Shown here one piece after another: positions 1 through 14,236 of a stretch of 64,000 nucleotides of DNA. The position numbers and the translations under genes were made by a program. A model generated the notes under the pieces. The model was not told where the DNA came from, made no database searches, and was given only the letters and a program-made list of their open reading frames with translations. Each line of letters starts with the position of its first letter. Position 1 is the first letter of the stretch. Location of the stretch: the NCBI GenBank assembly GCA_965645245.1, contig OZ287084.1, forward strand, positions 434,001 to 498,000. The letters are read 5' to 3'. The stretch comes from Massalongia carnosa. Lineage: Eukaryota.

Positions 1-3000
1 GCATGTAGCCACAGCTGCAAGATGATTAGAGATCCGTTGAGGGTGGGCCGGTTGTGGTTGCACTTAAACCTTGAATCCACGAATGGAGCTGGTGCAATCA
101 TTTATTTTCGCCCATCGAGCACCTATCATGCTCATTCAAAATTGGAGGACGGTTTACACTCCAGATATGAACGGTTTGAGTATATCACTCTAAACCTTGT
201 AAGGTCTTCGCTCTTCGCTGGTTTCTTCGCCAGGTAGTAAAGGACATTGGAGACTCTACAATACTAGGTGGAGTCATCTTTGGCTAAGAGATGCAGACAC
301 CTTTCTCTTATCTCCGTAATATTCTAATGTACTAATTTATATCGTTGTTAAAAGATTTTAGTTCTAAGTAAATTTGAAGTCTCTGTTACCTATGCTTCCG
401 GTCACTTAGACAAAGCAACAGTCTTTGTGCCTTCCTTACGTATATTGCCTTTTTCTTCCTCTTTCACGGTATTCTTAGAATCCCGACTCCGTACTAGGTC
501 TCATACCGACTAAAACTGTTCTTATATACCTACAAAATATCCTGTGTTACGCTCTCGGATACTCAACTTACAGCGGAGCATGTAAGCCCCTCGGCTCATC
601 TACTAATAGCTTCTACGAACCGAGGACTGACCTGACTCAATACAGATGAAGAATAGTAAAGACCTTTAAGTCTATCCCTTGCTTCGAAGAGCCACTTCCT
701 ATAGTTAAAGGAACCAACTTCCAAGACCTCGATATCGATATTGGTGATGCGAAATACCACCATCTAAATCGAAGAGCCGAGCCTGCTCGAGGGATTATTA
801 CGATTCCACCAAGACGAAAAACACACGCAAGTCGTCGAATGGAGACGGTACTTACCCCTGAACACCAATGAATGCGAAGCGTGTCAACTTACTAAACCTT
901 TAGATCAGGCAAAGCACATGCTCTAGCAAAGTTTGAAAACACAGACACAAATTCTAGAGCGCCCGGTTCGCTGGGATTTTGCTACTAGCCCATCCTTCGG
1001 AGCGGCTAAATTGGGAGTTTGCAACGAGGAAGCATCCATCCCTAAAGCCAGCGGTGTTGAGATATCTTCTTGAAATGGGTTTCTTTCATTTTGATTTAGA
1101 TTAGACCTTTTTTGAATAGTGAGTTATTGAATGTATTCCGATCGTCAGTTCTTAAGGGCTCGGAAGTACCACTTTGAGTTCCTTCAGATGCTCCATCCTT
1201 GGGCCAAACTTTCAATAACCTCTGTCAGCAAAAGTTGCAGTTCCTTAAGGAACTGTCGCATCTTGGTCAAAGTATCCTCGCACGTGGCAAGTTTCTGGAG
1301 CACCTTGGTCTTAGGATAATCAATTGGAATCAAAGGCGGGAGTGAGACTGTAACCTTTTATTCACCTAAGCACTAGAAATTGGCTGTCATTTCAATCTTT
1401 TGTTTCCAATTCCCACTACCGACGATTTCACTTTGTAAAGACGCAGTGTTCGACGCTGTGTAGGGTTTTCAATACATTGAGCTCCGCAATTGAAGCTGAA
1501 GACGCTTCGATTGGGAGGTTTGGAGTGCCTACACAAACATTTTGGACCACTTTCGATATCGAATCTATATGGGACCTTTATATACCGTATTGCCGGATGG
1601 CCCAGTGTATGTAAGAATTTTTGGTTCTGAACGAGTTTAACAACATTAACGGACCTTGGATATGACCTGTTAGATGCCTCCTCCTTCATAAACTTCCTAG
1701 AGACTCAAGATTTCTTGGAGATATTGACATTTTCACGACCCTAAGGACCTGTACTGTGCCAGCCACCTGAAGTCCTTTGGGGGCGTTCAGGAGCTAGGCA
1801 TAAAGTGTTTGGATGGTGCGCCACGGTTGGGCCCTGGTATCAGCTGGTACAAGATATCTTTCCGTTAGGCTCTTGGGCTTCAGAAGTAGCGTTTTGATCG
1901 CTATTGGAGTTTGGCTAAGCGTTACGAGCAAAGCTGATGTAGAAGCATCTGAGAGTTCCTGAGGATTCCTGGGAATATGTTCGACATCACAGCCAGTTAC
2001 TCGCAGCAGCTACATTTAAAATATGTGTTACCATAGCTTGGATTATCTTGGACCGACCAGAGATAGAAGAGGAAGCTTAGCTTATCTAGGAGATTTCATA
2101 GCTACCAATATGCTTAGCAGGGTTTGACGCTAGAGCTAGCATATTCGAACGTTCAAGGCAGAGCAAGCGGATTACAAAATTTCAATGGAATCTTCGAGTT
2201 GATGTGCCGAGGCAGGTGATTTGCCAGTTTTTCTCCTTGGTTACTAGTCTTCTTAGCTGTTATATGTGCAGAGAACGGCTTATAAGATCTGGTCTGTTAA
2301 ATGGACACATCTAACGAGGAGGATGAGCTTTACATTAACACCATTTATCGCTTCATAAGTATTACGTAGGGGTAGAGGTACGCGCCTTGTTCCTTCGGTG
2401 GTCTCTGATGCTAACTATTAAAATGAACTATTCCATCTTCCTCCTGATCTAAAACCAATAAATCGTTTCACTCTCTCTGAACCACCGCCACTTTTTCACT
2501 TTGATATTCACAGTATCCGAGTATTTTAACACATGCTTTAGCAAAATTTTGACATCATTGCGACCATTTCTTCCGGGGGCTTCTTTCAGGCCTCGTGCTA
2601 ATCCGCTCCTCTTATTGTTTGCCCTAGGTCCCTCTTTCTCTCTCTTAGGCTAATCCAAAAATCGTGACTTTAACACAGACGTATCACTCACCTAAGATTA
2701 GCCGGGAAGCATGGCTAGCATTTGAGGCGGTACAGTTTACTAGATTGCCCGGAGGAGAGCTAACTACGCATTGTCAAAGAGCCACTCCAAAAATAAAAGA
2801 TAATCAAGGTGTCACACTGGTAGAGAGTTGAGGGGGCTGTTGAAGGTTCTTTCTGAAGAGTGAGTTCTAATTAAATGAATCGAATGCCATGCGCGGTGAA
2901 CCCCCTACTTGATTTGATATCGCTAACGTTATGGTTCTCGTAAACGATTTCCAAAGAGACTGAGAGAAGACAAGAATTGGTACCTTCGTCCACATCTCTC

Positions 3001-6000
3001 ATTTAACAACAACTACTAGAGAACTGGAAAATCTGGATAGCTTTTGCGTTTAAGTACCTGGACCTTCAATAAAAACTTCCAGCATTATTAAAACAGACTT
3101 ATATACGTAAGGGGATTCTTATCTCAACCCTTTATTATTTGCGCAATGTTACATCCCTAGTTTTGGTTCTGGAAAAGGCAAGGAACGAAAAAAGAGTCGA
3201 TACTTTTCCTTTCCAGCTTATCTTACCCTTCATGCTCATTGTTCTTACTCCTACTACCATGATTTATACCTTCAGAGATAAAACTTAGGACATCTGTTGT
3301 CACATTTTGTTTACTGTATAATACATTCTCAGCTTCTCAGCATTCTATTCCTGTAAGACTCATGGCTTAAAATCTTTTTTGTGGAATGAGCTAGATTAGA
3401 GGAGAGTCAGAGCAGCTGACATTTTAGCAATCACCATTTCCAGCACGTATGGGTTACCATCATCAGATTTCTCATAGTTCCCACTCTTTCCTGCGCGGTT
3501 GATATCTTACGTCAAACTGCCTTGCTTATTTCTATATTATTTTCAGGCTGCTAATACACCCTTCTATATCATTCTGCTATCCTATAGGTGCGATAGATCG
3601 CCTATCTGGCGGGCAATGAAGAATTCTCCGAGATTTGTTCTTTCATGAGTGGACCAACTCTATGAAATCCAAAATAGACTGAGAGGACCGACTTTTCAAA
3701 TGTGGAATTATGATTAAACTGGAGATAATGGAGTCCATATGTGAGTTATTGTTAGGCTTTAAATATGGCACAGTTTATTGTGTACCTTCCTGGCGTTCTA
3801 GGACGACGAATTTTCTTTGGGCTTAGTCTCCCGGTACTTCTCATATAAGCTGGTAAGGTTTGTTTATCATTCTTCTTCAGACGTCATCCTACTTTCCTAC
3901 TAACCTATCACTTCACATTTTGCTTTCTTTGGCTATCATGGCCCGTTCTAAGCCTGTCCGTCATGTTGTCCCTTCCTTTTTTCCCTCTGCGGCCCGTTCC
4001 AAACGGATTAAGCGCGCCATCCCACGCCGCCCCATGCCGTCGTTCTTCCGTTTCGCCCTCTGTGGTGTCGGGGGGCTGTAAGACCCTTTGGACCGTATTT
4101 TCCTTGATGTTTTAGTTCCTTCTTCTATCCCTCTTCTCTCCCCTGCTCCCCTCCCAATCTGAGTGGGGCCTATGCCGGAGGTAGGCGTTTGCCTCCGGTG
4201 TCTCAAGTAGCAGGTGGGACTTGGCAACATAGCTGCCTGTGAGTGCATGGAGGGGTCGAGAAAGTGTGGAGAATGCTGCGTTGACTTTAGGCCCACGTAT
4301 AAAAACATCGACGACGCACTTCCACCTCTGTTTGGAACGGGCAAGATGAAAACTCTTCATAAGGCCGTCCAAAACCGGCGATTCATAGGTACTTAATACG
4401 TGCCATTTAATACCCTTACTGGATAAATTTGAGGGCAAAGTTTCCACAGCTATGAAATCCGTCGGCAACTGCTTGCAAAGCTTCTCGAACCTCGAAGTCT
4501 CACCACAAGCTAATTAATTATACTATAGTGTATATGTATTAAAAGGAAAAGTTTCAGCAAGAGCAGAGGGTAAAAAAACATATAATACTCAACAACAGCT
4601 ATCATTTTCAAGTAGAGGGCGAGCGGATACGAAAAGCTTAAGGAGCAGCTACACCAAAGCCGCAGTTGAGAAACTTATGTCTGGGAGCGAATATTAAAGC
4701 AATTCTTGCATCAGCCATCCAACGGGAAGCCAAATAGGAAAGATGAATTTCCCTCAAAAAACGAAACGAAGCCAAGACAAAGGGCGTTTGAAATATTATT
4801 AAGCGCTCCTAAGTAGCCGTGGTCAAAAGTCAGAAAGAAATTGGGACTCAAAAAAGTTAAGAAAGCAGAAAATCAATATGAAGCTGTACGGGAGCTTGAG
4901 GTTTCTGTCGAAGAGTGCAATAATAACGATTTATTCGAAAGTGTCAGCAAGATGTGTCATCGAAGGCAGAGAAATCGAAAAGGATGACATATTTTAATGT
5001 TATTGACGAAGGCGTAGAGTTAGCTTCTCCAATATTTGCACCACGTGGAAAGATATGGAAGAAAGAACAGACATGGACGTTGCGTAAAGGAGTCCCGCTT
5101 TTTGTTGCTTTACTCAGAAGTGAACAGATTTCAAACCGTCAACGATAAAGACACAATGACCAACCAGTTCTTTCGTCATACATATCTTTGATAAGCCCAG
5201 GAAGAGGTCGTTCACTAGTGCCTGCCAGAGAAGAATTCCGAGGTCCGCCAGCTAGGAGACCTACGGATATCGAAGATAATTCTCTAGAAGTATCCTACAC
5301 ATTGTCATCGTCGAGATAGATTATAGATGCGAAGGCTGCGGAGAAGTGACCACTGTCACCAAGATTACTAAGTTCCAAGAAAGCACCAAGAAACTTGGTT
5401 GCCAAATTAACAATGCGTCGAAACAAATATCAACAGCGGTTCAAAGAATAAGGTTTTTTCTTTAAGTGCGACGTCGATGATGTAAACGTTCATTGGACAA
5501 AATATTTCCACAATCTGCTGCGAAGCTTCGTGAAGCCGAATTTTTTGGGGGGTTGAAATATAAACGTTTTCGAAAACATTTGCATAATGCTCAATTGTTT
5601 TCTCAAAAGCAACGGTGATAAAGGTTCTTTGTTTGTCCATATACGAAAGCCTTCGACGATTCTGTTGAGTCAAGCCCTCTTGAATGAGAAATAGTGCATG
5701 GTCACACGCTCTCATAAAATGGAAATGGCTTATATTCAAGCACCTCGCTCTGTTTCCGGTGTATATGAAAATAGTTCAACGCAATATTACTGCTACACGA
5801 ACTGCAAAGATGTCAAGTAAATGTGGAATATGTCATTAAGTCTAAAGGCATAGGCCTAGGAAGAGCTGCCAAAATGAAGGACCAACGAGGCTTAATAAAA
5901 TTACAATTTTATCGGAGTACAAGATCAGTTACATGAGCAGGAAGGCAGAAAGGCAGAGCTTTCGACTAAGAGCGCAAACGTAAAGACAACAACAGCGCTA

Positions 6001-9000
6001 CCAATTGTAGCGGATGGTCATAAAACGAAAAAAAAGAAGACGATGAGTACTCCTAAGATGATGGATACATGTCTCTAAAGCAAAGCAAAATAGAAGAAGT
6101 ACAAGACATCTTCTGGAATCTAACCATGGAAGGAACAATAAATTCCTCAACAGAATACTGATAAACTACATGGAAAAGTCTTGTCTCTCAAATAAAACCC
6201 ACGTCTTGACTGTCTATACAGCCAGCATCAGCCAGAGCAAGAGAAGCGAGAAGACGATTTCACGCCGACCATTGAATATATCGAATAATATGCGTTAATT
6301 GGAAAAGGGGGTGATTCATGGGGGGACGGCACGCTTAAAACTGGCGAATTCCCAAATATAGAGGGGTATCCATATCTTCGCCGTCAGTTTTGGCTACTCT
6401 CAAATCCTTATCTTATTATCACGTTTCTCTTATTTCATTAATTTATATTGAATAACTTTCCCGACCGTCCGGCTAATCTCGCTGACTTATAAATCCCTAT
6501 TGTCTCATATAAAACCCCTCTTCTTCTCCTTCCTACCCTGATCTATAGGTCGAGTGTTCAATCACCACATCATTGATCGGTTCCAAGCTATACTTAGGGG
6601 CGTATGTCCTGACAAGAAGACTTTACTGCTATTCAGGGTTCATCCTACCCCCTTCTCTTGGTCGGAGGCCAAGCGCGAGAGAGCCGCTAATGGGCGGAAT
6701 GGGAAAATTTGCAGCTGGTGCTCGGGTTGGAAGGTCGGTTCTCACTGACTCTGAAAATCCGCCGATTCGATTGGCTCGAAGCCAAGCTAGCTGCTCAGGA
6801 ACCATTCCGCCCATAGCATTAACGATGTCGTATCCTCCTGCTATTAAGAGGGAAAGTTTGATTTTTCAATGAAAAGAAGTCAGGCATCCTGTCACAGGCA
6901 GCTTCATTGGCATAATATTATTGCCAGATGAATGGCTTTGGTATTTCTGGTGAACTAAATCCCCCCCCCCCCCAAGAAATCGTAGCTCATTAAATTATTA
7001 TCATTCAAATAGCCGATTTTACTGCAGGGGGAGATTCGACCTGTGATCTGATGCTTTCTCTTTAAAAAGCTAAGGTCGTACATAAAAGCCAGCAACAATT
7101 ATGCCCTTGGGGACTTGACCACATCAGGAAAACAAAACGAGAAACCGAAAGAGAGGCTATGGAGCGCCGATTGACTGGGTTGGCGAGATTCCAGATACCT
7201 AACTCTTCACAAACTGCGACAGATTAGGAGCAGCTCTTGCCTCCTGATGGAAGATGGAAGAAAGAGTACAGGGTGGATTGGCAGAGCTAGCTAGACAGCC
7301 AGCACCCCAAAACACTAGTTATAACCTCCAAGCGACCTTCATTTACCATCAACCTCACATACTTCGAAGTTTATACAGACTTTCTCTCGATTATCCCCAA
7401 AAAAAACTCCTCAGCGGTGAAGCTCCCATCACAATTACAGTCACATAGCGACAGGCACATTACCACATTCAGAAAAGCCTCTGATAGCTCCGAAATCTCA
7501 CAAGCCCACAGGAAGCTGTCTCCAAAAATAAAATTACCGCAACGAGAATCAGGCAACTGAATATAAAGTAGGTATGGACCCCGCCCCCCCTCCGAACTAA
7601 GCCTCCAAGCCAAAGCGAGCGCAAAGAAAAGAGGACACGGGAGAAGCTCTGAACGTCGCAGCAATGAAGAGAGGGTCGCGGGATGTTTGATGACATCTAG
7701 TCTTTAATGGTTGATATTGGAGAAACTTTCGGCCCTTCATGCATGCAATTTTTTGATCGGTCGTGTCTTGTGACTACTTTATTCATATACACGACACTCT
7801 AAATTCGTAGGAAGATCGAATCGTTAAGAGAAGTTTCTGTAAGGTTTGTGGATAGACCTTCGAGACGGTTGTCGGACTTACTAGGTATTGTATTGGTCTT
7901 GCTACAGCTCTGATCCATCTTGAGGTTTGTCGCATCGGAAAGGAGTTCCAGAACGTACATAATAAGAGAGCCAGAAGAATTTGAAAGAGCACTTGTCAAT
8001 TTCACTATTTGGGCTATTCAGTTAAGATTACGAGTGCGCCGATAATCTTACTGCAGAGTGCGCTGGGCTGGGCAGGATCGTCGCTGATGAGGCCGGCGGT
8101 ACAAGTATCGCCAAGGTCACTTTACTCGGTAGGCTCCGGATTCGTGTGTTACATTCGTTAGTCCTAGACATAAGAGTTCGAAGACAAAAATGGAACAAGG
8201 CTTGAGAACGGGGGCTGCGAGCCTTGACAGCTCTAAGTTCGGACTTAGAGGCTCAACAAAGCCGGAACTTGGCCAGGGTTGGAAAACCAGACGGAGAAGT
8301 GCGGAAGGTCGAGGAAAAACCCCCAGCTTAGTAATTATGTATTGGAGGGAGAATTGATCACCTTGAATATTTAGAAGGGAAAGTTCATTTGTTTACTATC
8401 TGCAGAGATTTTACCTGAACTCCTAAAATGCAAGCTAGCCTAATTGGGTAATCGCAGTCACCAACTGCCTGACCACAATCTCGTTAGGCTAACACAGGCT
8501 AACATCAACATTATGGACGAGTAAGTAAAGCGCCGGTGAGAAATTCGCGACTTGATAAAGGGGAACACGGGGCAAAATTAAAAGTTCTGCGGGCTACCTT
8601 GAAGGCTCGAGCTCTTCAGTTGATTTCAAGAACTGCGTTTATATCATCTTTTTCTGTCGAAGATCAAAGTCTATTTTTGATTAACTCACATCTCAGCTTT
8701 ACAATTCCTCTATTAACAAGGTGCTTCATCGAAGGAATTAATACGTGCCTTTAAAAAACTCTGCTACAGCTTTTAGCTTCTATTGCCCGCTTTATTGTCT
8801 TATATAAACACTTTCAAATTTATTAAATCAAGAAATACGCCTACCTGCTTTCTAATCCACTTATGCTTGATTTTTTAAAACTGCAACCTATTGATCCATC
8901 AGTACACCTAAAGCCTTCAGAGCAAGTTGTAAGGTCTCCTCGGTGTGGTACTCACTGGGCGTTTGTGGAAACCTTGACTCCGCAGGAAAGATATGATGGA

Positions 9001-10998
9001 CAGTGCACTGTGACACTAAAGCTTCTAGAATTTCAACAAATGCTTGGCGAAAGTATTGTTGACTTCTACGACTATGTGCTGCATAAATGGAGCATGGACT
9101 ACAGAATGAATTTCGGGCACAATGGAGTGGCGCAATAGAAGTAGTAGACCGTGTAAGGGCCAGACGAAATCGCGCCCTAGAGGCACGTCGCACTCTAGAG
9201 GCAAAATGGACCAACAGTGCGAGCTTCCTTCTATCACCGAATATGCGCTACCATACTCTCACGAAAATACGAAAACTCGCTCTTTGTCCGCCTATATTTT
9301 CTTGTGCACTGTTAATCAAGGAATGGCGAGCTTTATATATATCATCAGGGAGGTTGAGGGTGCACCAGCGCTTGAACTAGGATTGAAGCGCCGATGACGA
9401 TCATGAAGCATCAGCGGGAAAAGAGAAGTATGGCTTGATCACAATCCACATGCGAGCCAAATATACCTGGCAATAAACGACATAGCGAAGTGGCAATGTC
9501 AACCTTCTCCATTCTAGCATTTTCGCCTTTGTGCTGAGCAGCAGAGAAACATATAGAAATGCCGCTTGAGGAAAAGAAAGACTGCTAACGAAACCAAAAT
9601 TCTCGCGCGGACCAGAGGATGGAACCAATCATGTTTTAGGTTTTCAAGACGCATCTATTCATTCTTTCCATAATCCCAAACGGTAAACGAGGTCGCGTTA
9701 GTTTTTGCTGTATTCTCCCTCCGATCTGGCAGATGGGTCCAAACCCCCCGTCCCCAAAGCCATTTTTCTTCATTTACTGAATGGTCTCAGCTTGCAACCC
9801 CCATGATAACTCAATGAACAATAAGAAGTTGGCGTTGAGCAGAGAAGTCTAACTTTATCTGATAACTACTATCGGCGTTACCAAGCGTGTATGCTAGCTC
9901 TGCCAACGCTACTTCGAGAGTCTTGCCAGCATCGAGAAGGTTCAAGTTCTCGTATCATTGACGATGAGTCTCTCTTACTCAGGTTCATCTCCAATTTATA
10001 CGTTTTATTTGTTTGTTCTTAATTTTTAAAATGACATTATCGTGATTCGAGTCGACAGTGAGACCTATTCGTTCTACGTTTCAAGATGTCTCCACTTTTA
10101 TACAATATCTTTCTTGACATAGTTTATCTTCATGTTAAAAGTAGATTATAAGAGCAAATTCGAGTTCATCACCGTGCAGACTTGGCTTTTGTTTCTCTGT
10201 CCGCGTTTGCTGATATCAAGGCCTTCTCTATGATGTGTATTTTCAATGGTTCAAGGCCTCTTCTGAAGAAATCCCTCTTTTCAATAAACGATTTCTTGTT
10301 GCATTCTTTTCACTCTCTCGCATACCATCTTCTTACGCCGAGAAGCCTTTCTCGAAGTAAGTATTCCCTTGGATGTCATTTCTGGATCCTGTCACACTCC
10401 TGGTCAACCACGAATCAGAATATCAGCCGGGACCCTTTTCAACATTTCCAGCTGGCTTTCAAAATTTGCGACAATTCTGATATAAGCTTACATTTATTAA
10501 TAATTTCGCGTAATCTGTTGAATCAAGATAATCTCGTTTACCTGTTTCTTCATTTAAAAAATTTTTCTTTATTTATTTTAACATTATCAAAAACCGCAAA
10601 AACTGGCACGGCTGACAAAAAATCAGCTGGGGAAATCAGGGATATCCGCACCCAGTCCCACCAAAATTCTTAGTGATATCTCTGATGTCTCACGGTAAAC
10701 TTATAGCCTGCTATCATATAAATAAATTATATGCTGTCATTTAGCTATTGATTAAAAAATAATCATTTGCTTATTAAGCATCAAAATTTCATCTCCGTCT
10801 TCATTGTTCAGTCTTATCGCTCAAATTCTCACTTTTCAGCTTTATCGCACTAAGCTTTTTGCGCTCGCGTTCGATTTTAATTCTATCGATCGCACGCGCA
10901 GAACACGTTCTTCAATACGCAGTCACACATTCTTTCTTTATCAGATATTTATTAATGATTATCTTCGAACAAGTTCGACGTAATTTGAACAATGACAT

Positions 10999-11621
10999 TG
11001 TCACGGTCTATAGGCAGAGGTCCTATCCATGTGGTAAACAGTGCTCTATTATGAAGTATGCTACATGATAGCTAGACAAGACGAACACGAAGAGAAAAGC
11101 ATTGCTTGCTTGCAGAGATTTCCTATATGCCTCCTGAATGGCATTCTAATCCCAATGCAGTTAGACCGCAGCAGTGCGGAAGAGGCAACACACGAGCTGG
11201 TGTGTGCGACCGAACTAAACCTTAATGGTCCACACGGCAACCGTAGATGGAAGTTCCTACTCCTCGCTCTCATCGTCCCGCTCTCGTCGCTCTCGGCCTC
11301 ATAGTCTCACCCGCTCTCCTTCGCCATCCGAGCTTGCGCTTACTTTCTTCGACGCTGACGTCTCTGTCGAACTTCCGGCCTCGTCTTCTAGTCATGAGGT
11401 AATGGCATTGCGGAAGTGCATGCCGAAGGCATGACGAAGTCGACATGGCAATCAGGGCAGGCGATATCCGAAGGTGGACTAGCTCAGTTATCAGGAGTTA
11501 TAGGCTTGTCTATTCGTTCTTCTGTTTCTTTTCTCCTTGTCGAACGTCTTGTCTATTTAGCTAGACAATCAAGTCCTACGTTTGCACCACCGGAATTACT
11601 ACACGTCCTCGCACCGTGACA
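10999..11621. mobile_element. Solo-LTR-like element (~623 bp)
   Basis: Begins TGTCACGGT (10999) and ends ACCGTGACA (11621): a perfect 9-bp terminal inverted repeat with TG...CA ends typical of retrotransposon LTRs. Flanks (GACAT / GTTTT) do not form a TSD. Confidence 0.55.
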
Positions 11622-13494
11622 GTTTTAAAGTTCACATCAAGACTCGACAAGAAGTTATTGCTTTTATAAGACGATGCCTCATTTTCACAAATGTCCGTTG
11701 AGTTGTAAGAAAATTTGCAGACAAGGTTTCGTCAATTTTGTGCGATCCATGGCCGATGCCAAGGGAAACACCGACTCTAAAACTCTTATCATCCTGGGAA
11801 AGCACTGCTGTCAAAACACTGGATTACGGAACTGCGAAGAAAACCTCTAAGCTGGCATCATTTGGGGAAGAAGCAATTGTGTGAAAGACAGAGCAGAAAG
11901 GCTTGACTGCGGAAACCTTGAAGAGGATTTAACCTATGCTTCATGAAGTCATTCATCATCATTTATTGAGGAAGAATAAATCAGCTCGAGAAATCTTCAT
12001 ACATTAACTTAGCCAGAAGCTTTTTTCTCAGTGAATCGACTTCACCTATCATCATAAAACCTTCAATTTCTTTTATCATTAGTTCAATAGTAAATTGATA
12101 ATTTTATTTTTCGAGAGAAGAATACAGAAAGCAATTTAAACCTATTCGAACTTAGATTTAAATATTAGAAGAAGAAAGCGCATCTTTCTTAAGTAACTGA
12201 TTAACCTAATTAGTCCTTGATAAAACTAGTCTTTTTGACTTGTAGAAATGATCATCTGCTCATCTATCTTCGAGGACTTCTTTGACATCAGTCTTCTTTT
12301 AGCTCTATCATTGAGCTAATAAGTTTTCCAACAGCTAGTTTTCAGCCAATGAGGAACAAGACGAATTCTTCCTCCCAAAGCAGCGAGCTATAACCGCCGA
12401 CCTACTATTGAAGAAAGCATTGAACGATCGATCGCCTAGGTAGAAATTACTATGGCCAAATACTTCTATACTCGAACATAAGCTCAGATGAAAGCAGCAG
12501 TATCTCAGGTTGGCGACGGTAACTGGAACTGGCAGGAAAAAAATCTTAAAGCAGAGGAGCCTGAACTAAGGCTAGGCGTGCCTGTACAAGGAGAGTGGCC
12601 CATTTCCGGCTCGCCTATATCAGCCCCCGACCCTGGCTGTCCAGATCTTGAAGGGTAACAGGAATACGAGAATAATCCCATCTTCCAAGCCACAATGACC
12701 GACCGTGGTGCCCAGGTTAGCTTTCGTTAGCACCAATCCAAGTAGTGGAAGCAATCAATCCAAATCCTTTGACACTGAACCACCTCCATTTTCACGTAGC
12801 GACTCCTTGCTCTCTTTAGTCAATTATTGGCTAAGGCAGCAATCTGTAACCCGCCGGATCCGCACATTCGCCAACATCTCCTAGATACTCGTTTGGCCTC
12901 TCTCTTCCCTTCTATGTTGCTTCGAAGTCAGAAACGCAGGCGGGCCGACCATGCAGCAGCACCTCGCGGATTGACCCGCACGTTGGACACTGTTTCTGCG
13001 TTATGTTCGTCAGACAAGTTAAACCCCGGCTGTCCAAACCACCACGCTTTACAGACCAGTAAGTGAGCTCCGAAGATTTGAACTTAGCTGAGCCCTTCGG
13101 GGTTGCGAAGAGGCATGGTATGGTGGCTATGGAAGGCGGAGAGTGAGCCAGGCTCAAAGATGTGACAAGCGTCTGGGAGAGCGATATAGATTTGTGGGCC
13201 CGAACACCCCTTGACTCCCTTCATCTCGATCAACTCAACTTAACCTAGAATTTTGCTTTCTGTTGATACTAAGTCATCCAGTACCGAGATGCGCTGCTGT
13301 GTATTTGAAATGAGCTTCAACTTCTTGAGGCGCGCTCTCTCTCTGTCAACTGTCAGACAAGCGTTAGTTCTTATCTTCAGCGGTACTGAAGCCCTTCATA
13401 ATCTGCCTATCCATGATCCTACCAACACCGAGTCGCAAAAAAGTTTTACCTTATGCTTCAAGGAAGAGAACATCATACACGTCGTGATACATGT

Positions 13495-14127
13495 TCAACT
13501 TTGTACTCCTAGGCCTTCCACCAGGGGCGACTTTCTTCCGTGTCGAGACATGAAGAGCAAGCGCGCTAAAACCATCATATTTGCTGAGATGGTTGTTAGA
13601 TGTGAGTTCTCGAACAGTGCCCAACCGCCTATGACCTCTGTTGTAGACGGTGGGCAGATGAAGCGCCAGTCGCCAGCTCTTTGGCAATCCATGTTACCCT
13701 TCCAGAGTTTGCAGTCCTCTGGAAGCTCAACCCCCGTCTCCCGAGCAAGAATATTCACTGTGCCATAGTCCAAATCTTTTCTGAACCTTGGCTCCTTCTC
13801 AACGTGATTGGTATTGTTGTCAATGAAGACGAGTTGCGTACGTCCCTTCACTATGAGAGAGCCATCTGCGGTCATCAGATCACTCAGTCCCTGCTCTGAC
13901 GCTCGCTCATCGAGGTCAGCCACAGTGTCCAAAGACCCTTGCGTTTTCAGCTTCGGCCAATGGTTCAGCTTTGAGACAGGATGGACACCAGAAGCATCGA
14001 CGAGAGCAACGACCTCGAGCTGCTTCATAGGCTTAGCGGCTCGCTGCAGCCACCTGACCTCTCCCAGTTGCGCTGCCCACGACCATGATGGTGCGCCGCA
14101 GTTGCACACCTTCTGCTCCTGGCCCAT
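13495..14127 (-). other. 210-aa ORF of unknown function, possibly the 3' part of the adjacent decayed gene
   Basis: ATG-initiated ORF with ordinary composition, directly downstream of and on the same strand as the 14.2-15.85 kb fragments. No family recognised. Confidence 0.3.
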
Positions 14128-14236
14128 GGTCTGCCATAGCAGGCCATGGTGCCGATCCTCTAGCCAAAGGCCGGAGATATATAAGGGATACTAGTTTCGG
14201 CGCTTTGGTATTACCCTCGATGACTTCTCGGAATTC

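Noticed and set aside
8084..8125. CTGATGA followed by a stem-loop (hammerhead-like)
   Set aside because: No GAAA follows stem II. The similar motif near 41115 lacks a pairable stem II.
12845..13167. Possible second LTR (TGTAAC...GTGACA)
   Set aside because: The terminal match is short and imperfect, with no TSD, PBS or partner.
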